Shown here: positions 12,201-24,900 of the stretch, in pieces
How the letters are laid out: the number at the start of each line of letters is the position of its first letter
Numbering within the stretch: position 1 is the first letter of the stretch
Assembly: GCA_964016885.1 (NCBI GenBank)
Contig: OZ024741.1
Span: 247,690,001 to 247,754,000, forward strand
Reading direction: 5' to 3'
DNA from: Eledone cirrhosa
Taxonomy: Eukaryota
DNA: 64,000 bases
Notes under the pieces: model-generated
Told to the model about the DNA's origin: nothing
The model's database searches: none
Seen by the model: the letters and a program-made list of their open reading frames with translations, nothing else
Position numbers and translations under genes: made by a program

Positions 12201-13088
12201 ACAAATTATCTCCCCTTGGCTGGCTGGAAATTATCTCCCCTTGGAGGCTGGAACTTATGTCCCCTTGGACGGCTAGAAATTACCTCTCCTTGGACGGCTG
12301 GATGATATGTCTCCTTGGACGGCTGGATATTATCTCCCCTTGGACGGCTGGAAATTATCTCCCCTTGGACGGCTGGAAATTATCTCCCATTGGATGGCTA
12401 GATATTACCTCCCCTTGGACGGCTGGAAATTATCTCCCCTTGATTTTTTTTACAAATTATCTCCCCCTGATTTTTTTTACAAATTATCTCCCCCTGATTT
12501 TTTTTTACAAATTATCTCCCCCTGATTTTTGTTTACAAATTATCTCCGCCTGATTTTTTTTTAAAAATTATCTCCCCTTGGACGGCTGGAAATTATCTCC
12601 CCCTGGACGGCTAGAAATTACCTCTCCTTGGACGGCTGAAAATTATCTCCCCTTGGACGGCTGGAAATTATCTCCCCTTGATTTTTTTACAAATTATCTC
12701 CCCCTGATTTTTTTTTTACAAATTATCTCCCCCTGATTTTTTTTTACAAATTATCTCCCCCTGATTTTTTTACAAATTATCTCCCCCTAATTTTTTTTAC
12801 AAATTATCTCCGCCTGATTTTTTTAAATATTATCTCTCCTTGGCTGGCGGGAAATTATCTCCCCTTGGACGGATGGAAATTATCTCCCCTTGGACGGCTG
12901 GAAATTATCTACCCCTGATTTTTTTTACAATTTATCTCCCCCTGATTTTTTTTACAAATTATCTCCCCCTGATTTTTTTTTACAAATTATCTACCCCTGA
13001 TTTTTTTTACAAATTATCTACCCCTGATTTTTTTTACAAATTATCTCCCCCTGATTTTTTTTACAAATTATCTCCCCCTGATTTTTTT
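3260..13088 (+). repeat. Higher-order tandem duplication, copy 1 (~9.83 kb)
   Basis: Identical pseudo-ORFs at constant offset 9828-9829: 3396/13224, 5069/14897, 5698/15527, 6630/16459, 7987/17816, 9027/18856, 10385/20214, 12257/22086. Rare variants are shared, e.g. GGAAATGATC (6764/16593), CCTAGGAGG, GGACGACTG and ATGATATGTC. Confidence 0.93.
7667..8115 (+). repeat. Longest pure A block (18 monomers, 449 bp); related copies near 6030, 15860, 17496, 31762, 34440, 36103, 59519
   Basis: Counted monomer by monomer. It carries the diagnostic variants GGACGGATAG, CCCCATGG, CCCGTTGG and CTCGCCTTGG in the same order in each copy. Confidence 0.9.
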
Positions 13089-16000
13089 ACAAATTATCTC
13101 CCCCTGATTTTTTTTACAAATTATCTCCCTCTGATTTTTTTACAAATTATCTCCCCTTGGCTGGCTGGAAATTATCTCCCCTTGGACGGCTAGAAATTAC
13201 CTCTCCTTGGACGGCTGGAAAATATGTCTCCTTGGACGGCTGGATATTATCTCCCCTTGGACGGCTGGAAATTATCTCCCCTTGGACGGCTGGAAATTAT
13301 CTCCCCTTGGACGGATATATATTACCTCCCCTTGGACGGCTGGAAATTATCTCCCCTTGATTTTTTTACAAATTATCTCCCCCTGATTTATTTTACAAAT
13401 CTCCCAATGATTTTTAAAAAAAAATTATCTCCCCTTCGCTGGCTGGAAATTATCTCCCCTTGGACGCTGGAAATTATAGCCCCTTGGAGGGCTGGAAATT
13501 ATCTTCCCTTGGACGGCTGGAAATTATCTCCCCTTGATTTTTTTTACAAATTTTCTCCCCCTGATTTTTTTTACAAATTATCTCCCCCTGATTTTTTTTA
13601 CAAATTATCTACCCCTGATTTTTTTTACAAATTATCTCCCCCTGATTTTTTTTTACAAATTATCTCCCCCTGATTTTTTTTTACAAATTATCTCCCCCTG
13701 ATTTTTTTACAAATTATCTCCCCCTGATTTTTTTTACAATCTCCGCCTGATTTTTTTAAAAATTATCTTCTCTTGGCTGGCTGGAAATTATCTCCCCTTG
13801 GACACTGGAAATTATAGCCACTTGGAGGGCTGGAAATTATCTTCCCTTGGACGGCTGGAAATTATCACCCCTTGATTTTTTTTACAAATTATCTCCGCCT
13901 GATTTTTTTTTACAAATTATCTCCCCCTGATTTTTTTTTACAAATTATCTAACCCTGATTTTTTTTTACAAATTATCTCCCCCTGATTTTTTTTACAAAT
14001 TATCTCCCCCTGATTTCTCTTTAACAAATTATCTCCCCCTGATTTTTTTACAAATTATCTCCCCCTGATTTTTTTTACAAATTATCTCCGCCTGATTTTT
14101 TTAAATATTATCTTCCCTTGGCTGGCGGGAAATTATCTCCCCTTGGACGGCTGGAAATTATCTACCCTTGATTTTCTTTTTACAAATTATCTTCCACTGA
14201 TTTTTTTTACAAATTATCTCCACCTGATTTTTTAAAAAATTATCTCCCCTTGGAAGGCTGGAAATTATCTCCCCTTGGCTGGAAATTATCTCCCCTTGGA
14301 CGGCTAGAAATTATCTCTCTTTGGACGGCTGGAAATTATCACCCCTTGAGCTTTTTACAAATTATCTCCCCCTGATTTTTTTTACAAATCTCCCTGTGAT
14401 TTTTTAAAAAAAATTATCTCCCCTTCGCTGGCTGGAAATTATCTCCCCTTGGACGCTGGAAATTATAGCCCCTTGGAGGGCTGGAAATTATCTTCCCTTG
14501 GACGGCTGGAAATTATCTCCCCTTGATTTTTTTTACAAATTATCTCCCCCTGATTTTTTTTTACAAATTATCTCCCCCTGATTTTTTTTACAACTTATCT
14601 GCGCCTGATTTTTTTTTAAAAATAATCTCCCCTTGGACGGCTGGAAATTATCTCCCCTTGGACGGCTGGAAATTATCTCTCCTTGGACGGCTAGAATTTA
14701 CCTCTCCTTGGACGGCTGAAAATTATCTCCCCTTGGACGGCTGGAAATTATCTCCCCTTGATTTTTTTTACAAATTATCTCCCCCTGATTTTTTTTTACA
14801 AATTATCTCCCCCTGATTTTTTTTTACAAATTATCTCCCCCTGATTTTTTTTTACAAATTATCTACCCCTGATTTTTTTTTACAAATTATCTCCCCTTGG
14901 CTGGCTGGAAATTATCTCCCCTTGGAGGCTGGAACTTATCTCCCCTTGGACGGCTAGAAATTACCTCTCCTTGGACGGCTGGAAAATATGTCTCCTTGGA
15001 CGGCTGGATATTATCTCCCCTTGGACGGCTGGAAATTATCTCCCCTTGGACGGCTGAAAATTATCTCCCCTTGATTTTTTTTACAAATTATCTCCCCCTG
15101 ATTTTTTTTTACAAATTATCTCCCCCTGATTTTTGTTTACAAATTATCTCCGCCTGATTTTTTAAAAAAATTATCTCCCCTTGGACGGCTGGAAATTATC
15201 TCCCCTTGGACGGATAGAAATTACCTCTCCTTGGACGGCTGAAAATTATCTCCCCTTTGACGGCTGGAAATTATCTCCCCTTGATTTTTTTACAAATTAT
15301 CTCCCCCTGATTTTTTTTTTACAAATTATCTCCCCCTGATTTTTTTTTACAAATTATCTACCCCTGATTTTTTTTTACAAATTATCTCCCCCTGATTTTT
15401 TTTACAAATTATCTCCCCCTGATTTTTTTTTACAAATTATCTCCCCCTGATTTTTTTTACAAATTATCTCCCCCTGATTTTTTTTACAAATTATCTCCGC
15501 CTGATTTTTTTAAATATTATCTCTCCTTGGCTGGCGGGAAATTATCTCCCCTTGGACGGCTGGAAATTATCTCCCCTTGGAAGGATGGAAATTATCTCCC
15601 CTTGGACGGCTGGAAATTATCTACCCCTGATTTTTTTTACAAATTATCTCCCCCTGATTTTTTTTACAAATTATCTCCCCCTGATTTTTTTTACAAATTA
15701 TCTACCCCTGATTTTTTTTACAAATTATCTCCCCCTGATTTTTTTTACAAATTATCTCCCCCTGATTTTTTTTTTACAAATTATCTCACCCTGATTTTTT
15801 TACAAATTATCTCCCCCTGATTTTTTTTACAAATTATCTCCGCCTGATTTTTTTAAATATTATCTTCCCTTGGAGGCTGGAATTTATCTCCCCTTGGACG
15901 GCTAGAAATTACCTCTCCTTGGACGGCTGGAAAATATGTCTCCTTGGACGGCTGGATATTATCTCCCCTTGGACGGCTGGAAATTATCTCCCCTTGGACG

Positions 16001-19000
16001 GCTGGAAATTATCTCCCCTTGGACGGATAGATATTACCTCCCCTTGGACGGCTGGAAATTATCTCCCCTTGGACGGCTGGAAATTATCTCCCCATGGACG
16101 GCTGGAAATTATCTCCCCTTGGACGGCTAGAAATTATCTCTCCTTGGACGGCTGAAAATTATCTCCCCTTGGACGGCTGGAAATTATCTCCCGTTGGACG
16201 GCTGGAAATTATCTCGCCTTGGACGGCTAGAATTTACCTCTCCTTGGACGGCTGAAAATTATCTCCCCTTGGACGGCTGGAAATTATCTCCCCTTGATTT
16301 TTTTTACAAATTATCTCCCCCTGATTTTTTTTTACAAATTATCTTCCCCTGATTTTTTTTTACAAATTATCTCCCCCTGATTTTTTTTTACAAATTATCT
16401 CCCCCTGATTTTTTTTACAAATTATCTCCCCCCTGATTTTTTAACAAATTATCTCCCCTTGGCTGGCTGGAAATTATCTCCCCTTGGAGGCTGGAACTTA
16501 TCTCCCCTTGGACGGCTAGAAATTACCTCTCCTTGGACGGCTGGAAAATATGTCTCCTTGGACGGCTGGATATTATCTCCCCTTGGACGGCTGGAAATGA
16601 TCTCCCCTTGGACGGCTGGAAATTATCTCCCCTTGGATGGCTAGATATTACCTCCCCTTGGACGGCTGGAAATTATCTCCCTTTGATTTTTTTTACAAAT
16701 TATCTCCCCCTGATTTTTTTTTACAAATTATCTCCCCCTGATTTTTTTTTACAAATTATCTACCCCTGATTTTTTTTTACAAATTATCTCCCCCTGATTT
16801 TTTTTACAAATTATCTCCCCCTGATTTTTTTTTACAAATTATCTCCCCCTGATTTTTTTACAAATTATCTCCCCCTGATTTTTTTTACAAATTATCTCCG
16901 CCTGATTTTTTTAAATATTATCTCTCCTTGGCTGGCGGGAAATTATCTCCCCTTGGACGGCTGGAAATTATCTCCCCTTGGAAGGATGGAAATTATCTCC
17001 CCTTGGACGGCTGGAAATTATCTACCCCTGATTTTTTTTACAAATTATCTCCCCCTGATTTTTTTTACAAATTATCTCCCCCTGATTTTTTTTACAAATT
17101 ATCTACCCCTGATTTTTTTTACAAATTATCTCCCCCTGATTTTTTTTACAAATTATCTCCCCCTGATTTTTTTTTTACAAATTATCTCACCCTGATTTTT
17201 TTACAAATTATCTCCCCCTGATTTTTTTTACAAATTATCTCCGCCTGATTTTTTAAAATATTATCTTCCCTTGGCTGGCGAGAAATTATCTCCCCTTGAA
17301 GGGCTGAAAATTATCTCCCCTTGGACGGCTGGAAATTATCTCCCCTTGATTTTTTTTACAAATTATCTCCCCCTGATTTTTTTTTAGAAATTATCTCCCC
17401 CTGATTTTTTTTACAAATTATCTCCCCCTGATTTTTTTTTACAAATTATCTGCCGCTGATTTTTTTTACAAATTATCTCCCCCTGATTTTTTTACAAATT
17501 ATCTCCCCTTGGCTGGCTGGAAATTACCTCCCCTTGGAGGCTGGAATTTATCTCCCCTTGGACGGCTAGAAATTACCTCTCCTTGGACGGCTGGAAAATA
17601 TGTCTCCTTGGACGGCTGGATATTATCTCCCCTTGGACGGCTGGAAATTATCTCCCCTTGGACGGCTGGAAATTATCTCCCCTTGGACGGATAGATATTA
17701 CCTCCCCTTGGACGGCTGGAAATTATCTCCCCTTGGACGGCTGGAAATTATCTCCCCATGGACGGCTGGAAATTATCTCCCCTTGGACGGCTAGAAATTA
17801 TCTCTCCTTGGACGGGTGAAAATTATCTCCCCTTGGACGGCTGGAAATTATCTCCCGTTGGACGGCTGGAAATTATCTCGCCTTGGACGGCTAGAATTTA
17901 CCTCTCCTTGGACGGCTGAAAATTATCTCCCCTTGGACGGCTGGAAATTATCTCCCCTTGATTTTTTTTACAAATTATCTCCCCCTGATTTTTTTTTACA
18001 AATTATCTCACCCTGATTTTTTTTTAGAAATTATCTCCCCCTGATTTTTTTTTACAAATTATCTCCCCCTGATTTTTTTTACAAATTATCTCCCCCCTGA
18101 TTTTTTAACAAATTATCTCCCCTTGGCTGGCTGGAAATTATCTCCCCTTGGAGGCTGGAACTTATCTCCCCTTGGACGGCTAGAAATTACCTCTCCTTGG
18201 ACGGCTGGAAAATATGTCTCCTTGGACGGCTGGATATTATCTCCCCTTGGACGGCTGGAAATTATCTCCCCTTGGACGGCTGGAAATTATCTCCCCTTGG
18301 ATGGCTAGATATTACCTCCCCTTGGACGGCTGGAAATTATCTCCCTTTGATTTTTTTTAAAAATTATCTCCCCCTGATTTTTTTTTACAAATTATCTCCC
18401 CCTGATTTTTTTTTACAAATTATCTCCCCCTGATTTTTGTTTACAAATTATCTCCGCCTGATTTTTTTTTTAAAATTATCTCCCCTTGGACGGCTGGAAA
18501 TTATCTCCCCTTGGACGGCTAGAAATTACCTCTCCTTGGACGGCTGAAAATTATCTCCCCTTGGACGGCTGGAAATTATCTCCCCTTGATTTTTTTACAA
18601 ATTATCTCCCCCTGATTTTTTTTTTACAAATTATCTCCCCCTGATTTTTTTTTACAAATTATCTACCCCTGATTTTTTTTTACAAATTATCTCCCCCTGA
18701 TTTTTTTTACAAATTATCTCCCCCTGATTTTTTTTTACAAATTATCTCCCCCTGATTTTTTTACAAATTATCTCCCCCTGATTTTTTTTACAAATTATCT
18801 CCGCCTGATTTTTTTAAATATTATCTCTCCTTGGCTGGCGGGAAATTATCTCCCCTTGGACGGCTGGAAATTATCTCCCCTTGGAAGGATGGAAATTATC
18901 TCCCCTTGGACGGCTAGAAATTATCTCTCTTTGGACGGCTGGAAATTATCACCCCTTGAGTTTTTTACAAATTATCTCCCCCTGATTTTTTTTACAAATC

Positions 19001-22000
19001 TCCCAGTGATTTTTAAAAAAAAATTATCTCCCCTTCGCTGGCTGGAAATTATCTCCCCTTGGACGCTGGAAATTATAGCCCCTTGGAGGGCTTGAAATTA
19101 TCTTCCCTTGGACGGCTGGAAATTATCTCCCCTTGATTTTTTTTTACAAATTATCTCCCCCTGATTTTTTTTTACAAATTATATCCCCCTGATTTTTTTT
19201 TACAACTTATCTGCGCCTGATTTTTTTAAAAAAATTATCTCCCCTTGGACGGCTGGAAATTATCTCCCCTTGGACGGCTGGAAATTATCTCTCCTTGGAC
19301 GGCTAGAATTTACCTCTCCTTGGACGACTGAAAATTATCTCCCCTTGGACGGCTGGAAATTATCTCCCCTTGATTTTTTTTACAAATTATCTCCCCCGGA
19401 TTTTTTTTTACGAATTATCTCCCCCTGATTTTTTTTTACAAATTATCTCCCCCTGATTTTTTTTTACAAATTATCTCCCCCTGATTTTTTTACAAATTAT
19501 CTCCCCTTGGCTGGCTGGAAATTATCTCCCCTAGGAGGCTGGAACTTATCTCCCCTTGGACGGCTAGAAATTACCTCTCTTTGGACGGCTGGAAAATATG
19601 TCTCCTTGGACGGCTGGATATTATCTCCCCTTGGACGGCTGGAAATTATCTCCCCTTGGACGGCTGGAAATTATCTCCCCTTGGATGGCTAGATATTACC
19701 TCCCTTTGGACGGCTGGAAATTATCTCCCCTTGATTTTTTTTACAAATTATCTCCCCCTGATTTTTTTTTACAAATTATCTCCCCCGATTTTTTTTTACA
19801 AATTATCTCCCCCTGATTTTTTTTTACAAATTATCTCCCCCTGATTTTTGTTTACAAATTATCTCCCCTTGGACGGCTGGAAATTATCTCCCCTTGGACG
19901 GCTAGAAATTACCTCTCCTTGGACGGCTGAAAATTATCCTCCCTTGGACGGCTGGAAATTATCTCCCCTTGATTTTTTTACAAATTATCTCCCCCTGATT
20001 TTTTTTTTACAAATTATCTCACCCTGATTTTTTTTACAAATTATCTACCCCTGATTTTTTTTTACAAATTATCTCCCCCTGATTTTTTTTACAAATTATC
20101 TCCCACTGATTTTTTTTTTACAAATTATCTCCCCCTGATTTTTTTACAAATTATCTCCCCCTGATTTTTTTTACAAATTATATCCGCCTGATTTTTTTAA
20201 ATATTATCTCTCCTTGGCTGGCGGGAAATTATCTCCCCTTGGACGGCTGGAAATTATCTCCCCTTGGAAGGATGGAAATTATCTCCCCTTGGACGGCTGG
20301 AAATTATCTACCCCTGATTTTTTTTACAAATTATCTCCCCCTGATTTTTTTTACAAATTATCTCCCCCTGATTTTTTTTTTACAAATTATCTCCCCCTGA
20401 TTTTTTTACAAATTATCTCCCCCTGATTTTTTTTACAAATTATCTCCGCCTGATTTTTTAAAATATTATCTTACCTTGGCTGGCGGGAAATTATCTCCCC
20501 TTGGACGGCTGAAAATTATCTCCCCTTGGACGGCTGGAAATTATCTCCCCTTGATTTTTTTTACAAATTATCTCCCCCTGATTTTTTTTTACAAATTATC
20601 TCCCCCTGATTTTTTTTACAAATTATCTCCCCCCTGATTTTTTTACAAATTATCTCCCCTTGGCTGGCTGGAAATTATCTCCCCTTGGAGGCTGGAACTT
20701 ATCTCCCCTTGGACGGCTAGAAATTACCTCTCCTTGGACGGCTGGAAAATATGTCTCCTTGGACGGCTGGATATTATCTCCCCTTGGACGGCTGGAAATT
20801 ATCTCCCCTTGGACGGCTGGAAATTATCTCCCCTTGGATGGCTAGATATTACCTCCCCTTGGACGGCTGGAAATTATCTCCCTTTGATTTTTTTTACAAA
20901 TTATCTCCCCCTGATTTTTTTTTACAAATTATCTCCCCCTGATTTTTTTTTACAAATTATCTCCCCCTGATTTTTGTTTACAAATTATCTCCGCCTGATT
21001 TTTTTTAAAAAATTATCTCCCCTTGGACGGCTGGAAATTATCTCCCCTTGGACGGCTAGAAATTACCTCTCCTTGGACGGCTGAAAATTATCTCCCCTTG
21101 GACGGCTGGAAATTATCTCCCCTTGATTTTTTTACAAATTATCTCCCCCTGATTTTTTTTTTACAAATTATCTCCCCCTGATTTTTTTTTACAAATTATC
21201 TACCCCTGATTTTTTTTTACAAATTATCTCCCCCTGATTTTTTTTACAAATTATCTCCCCCTGATTTTTTTTTACAAATTATCTCCCCCTGATTTTTTTA
21301 CAAATTATCTCCCCCTGATTTTTTTTACAAATTATCTGCCCCCTGATTTTTTTACAAATTATCTCCCCTTGGACGGCTGGAAATTATCTCCCCTTGGAAG
21401 GATGGAAATTATCTCCCCTTGGACGGCTAGAAATTATCTCTCTTTGGACGGCTGGAAATTATCACCCCTTGAGTTTTTTACAAATTATCTCCCCCTGATT
21501 TTTTTTACAAATCTCCCAGTGATTTTTTAAAAAAAATTATCTCCCCTTCGCTGGCTGGAAATTATCTCCCCTTGGACGCTGGAAATTATAGCACCTTGGA
21601 GGGCTGGAAATTATCTTCCCTTGGACGGCTGGAAATTATCTCCCCTTGATTTTTTTTACAAATTATCTCCCCCTGATTTTTTTTTACAAATTATCTCCCC
21701 CTGATTTTTTTTTACAACTTATCTGCGCCTGATTTTTTTAAAAAAATTATCTCCCCTTGGACGGCTGGAAATTATCTCCCCTTGGACGGCTGGAAATTAT
21801 CTCTCCTTGGACGGCTAGAATTTACCTCTCCTTGGACGGCTGAAAATTATCTCCCCTTGGACGGCTGGAAATTATCTCCCCTTGATTTTTTTTACAAATT
21901 ATCTCCCCCTGATTTTTTTTTACAAATTATCTCCCCCTGATTTTTTTTACAAATTATCTCCCCCTGATTTTTTTTTACAAATTATCTCCCCCTGATTTTT

Positions 22001-22942
22001 TTTACAAATTATCTCCCCCTGATTTTCTTACAAATTATCTCCCCTTGGCTGGCTGGAAATTATCTCCCCTTGGAGGCTGGAACTTATGTCCCCTTGGACG
22101 GCTAGAAATTACCTCTCCTTGGACGGCTGGATGATATGTCTCCTTGGACGGCTGGATATTATCTCCCCTTGGACGGCTGGAAATTATCTCCCCTTGGACG
22201 GCTGGAAATTATCTCCCATTGGATGGCTAGATATTACCTCCCCTTGGACGGCTGGAAATTATCTCCCCTTGATTTTTTTTACAAATTATCTCCCCCTGAT
22301 TTTTTTTACAAATTATCTCCCCCTGATTTTTTTTTACAAATTATCTCCCCCTGATTTTTGTTTACAAATTATCTCCGCCTGATTTTTTTTTAAAAATTAT
22401 CTCCCCTTGGACGGCTGGAAATTATCTCCCCCTGGACGGCTAGAAATTACCTCTCCTTGGACGGCTGAAAATTATCTCCCCTTGGACGGCTGGAAATTAT
22501 CTCCCCTTGATTTTTTTACAAATTATCTCCCCCTGATTTTTTTTTTACAAATTATCTCCCCCTGATTTTTTTTTACAAATTATCTCCCCCTGATTTTTTT
22601 ACAAATTATCTCCCCCTAATTTTTTTTACAAATTATCTCCGCCTGATTTTTTTAAATATTATCTCTCCTTGGCTGGCGGGAAATTATCTCCCCTTGGACG
22701 GCTGGAAATTATCTCCCCTTGGAAGGATGGAAATTATCTCCCCTTGGACGGCTGGAAATTATCTACCCCTGATTTTTTTTACAATTTATCTCCCCCTGAT
22801 TTTTTTTACAAATTATCTCCCCCTGATTTTTTTTTACAAATTATCTACCCCTGATTTTTTTTACAAATTATCTACCCCTGATTTTTTTTACAAATTATCT
22901 CCCCCTGATTTTTTTTACAAATTATCTCCCCCTGATTTTTTT
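13089..22942 (+). repeat. Higher-order tandem duplication, copy 2 (~9.85 kb)
   Basis: Collinear with 3260-13088. The differences seen by eye are a C>T at 16345, one T7/T8 change near 15451, two shifted T/A boundaries (14400, 14609), AATAATC near 14622, and one extra 25-bp monomer near 22700. Confidence 0.93.
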
Positions 22943-24900
22943 ACAAATTATCTCCCCCTGATTTTTTTTACAAATTATCTTCCTCTGATTTTTTTACAAA
23001 TTTTCTCCCCTTGGCTGGCTGGAAATTATCTCCCCTTGGACGGCTAGAAATTACCTCTCCTTGGATGGCTGGAAATGATCTCCCCTTGGACGGCTGGAAA
23101 TTATCTCCCCTTGGACGGATAGATATTACCTCCCCTTGGACGGCTGGAAATTATCTCCCCTTGATTTTTTTACAAATTATCTCCCCCTGATTTATTTTAC
23201 AAATCTGCCAATGATTTTTAAAAAAAAATTATCTCCCCTTCGCTGGCTGGAAATTATCTCCCCTTGGACGCTGGAAATTATAGCCCCTTGGAGGGCTAGA
23301 AATTATCTTCCCTTGGACGGCTGGAAATTATCTCCCCTTGATTTTTTTTACAAATTATCTCCCCCTGATTTTTTTTACAAATTATCTCCCCCTGATTTTT
23401 TTTACAAATTATCTACCCCTGATTTTTTTTACAAATTATCTCCCTCTGATTTTTTTTACAAATTATCTCCCCCTGGAGATTTTTTTTTACAAATTATCTC
23501 CCCCTGATTTTTTTTACAAATTATCTCCACCTGATTTTTTTTACAAATTATCTACCCCTGATTTTTTTTACAAATTATCTCCCCCTGATTTTTTTTTACA
23601 AATTATCTCCCCCTGATTTTTTTTTACAAATTATCTCCCCCTGATTTTTTTACAAATTATCTCCCCCTGATTTTTTTTACAATCTCCGCCTGATTTTTTT
23701 AAAAATTATCTTCCCTTGGCTGGCTGGAAATTATCTCCCCTTGGACACTGGAAATTATAGCCCCTTGGAGGGCTGGAAATTATCTTCCCTTGGACGGCTG
23801 GAAATTATCTCCCCTTGATTTTTTTTACAAATTATCTCCGCCTGATTTTTTTTTACAAATTATCTCCCCCTGATTTTTTTTTACAAATTATCTACCCCTG
23901 ATTTTTTTTTACAAATTATCTCCCCCTGATTTTTTTTACAAATTATCTCCCTCTGATTTTTCTTTTACAAATTATCTCCCCCTGATTTTTTTACAAATTA
24001 TCTCCCCCTGATTTTTTTTACAAATTATCTCCGCCTGATTTTTTTAAATATTATCTTCCCTTGGCTGGCGGGAAATTATCTCCCCTTGGACGGCTGGAAA
24101 TTATCTACCCTTGATTTTCTTTTTACAAATTATCTTCCACTGATTTTTTTTACAAATTATCTCCACCTGATTTTTTTAAAAATTATCTCCCCTTGGAAGG
24201 CTGGAAATTATCTCCCCTTGGCTGGAAATTATCTCCCCTTGGACGGCTAGAAATTATCTCTCTTTGGACGGCTGGAAATTATCACCCCTTGAGTTTTTTA
24301 CAAATTATCTCCCCCTGATTTTTTTTACAAATCTCCCAGTGATTTTTTAAAAAAAATTATCTCCCCTTCGCTGGCTGGAAATTATCTCCCCTTGGACGCT
24401 GGAAATTATAGCCCCTTGGAGGGCTGGAAATTATCTTCCCTTGGACGGCTGGAAATTATCTCCCCTTGATTTTTTTTACAAATTATCTCCCCCTGATTTT
24501 TTTTTACAAATTATCTCCCCCTGATTTTTTTTACAACTTATCTGCGCCTGATTTTTTTAAAAAAATTATCTCCCCTTGGACGGCTGGAAATTATCTCCCC
24601 TTGGACGGCTGGAAATTATCTCTCCTTGGACGGCTAGAATTTACCTCTCCTTGGACGGCTGAAAATTATCTCCCCTTGGACGGCTGGAAATTATCTCCCC
24701 TTGATTTTTTTTACAAATTATCTCCCCCTGATTTTTTTTTACAAATTATCTCCCCCTGATTTTTTTAGAAATTATCTCCCCTTGGCTGGCTGGAAATTAT
24801 CTCCCCTTGGAGGCTGGAACTTATCTCCCCTTGGACGGCTAGAAATTACCTCTCCTTGGACGGCTGGAAAATATGTCTCCTTGGACGGCTGGATATTATC
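22943..24900 (+). repeat. More diverged relative of the start of the 9.83-kb unit (partial third copy)
   Basis: Cassette order matches 13089-15050, but with private variants (CTTCCTCTG, TTTTCTCCCC, CTGCCAATG, CCTGGAGAT) and monomer gains and losses. Confidence 0.75.
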
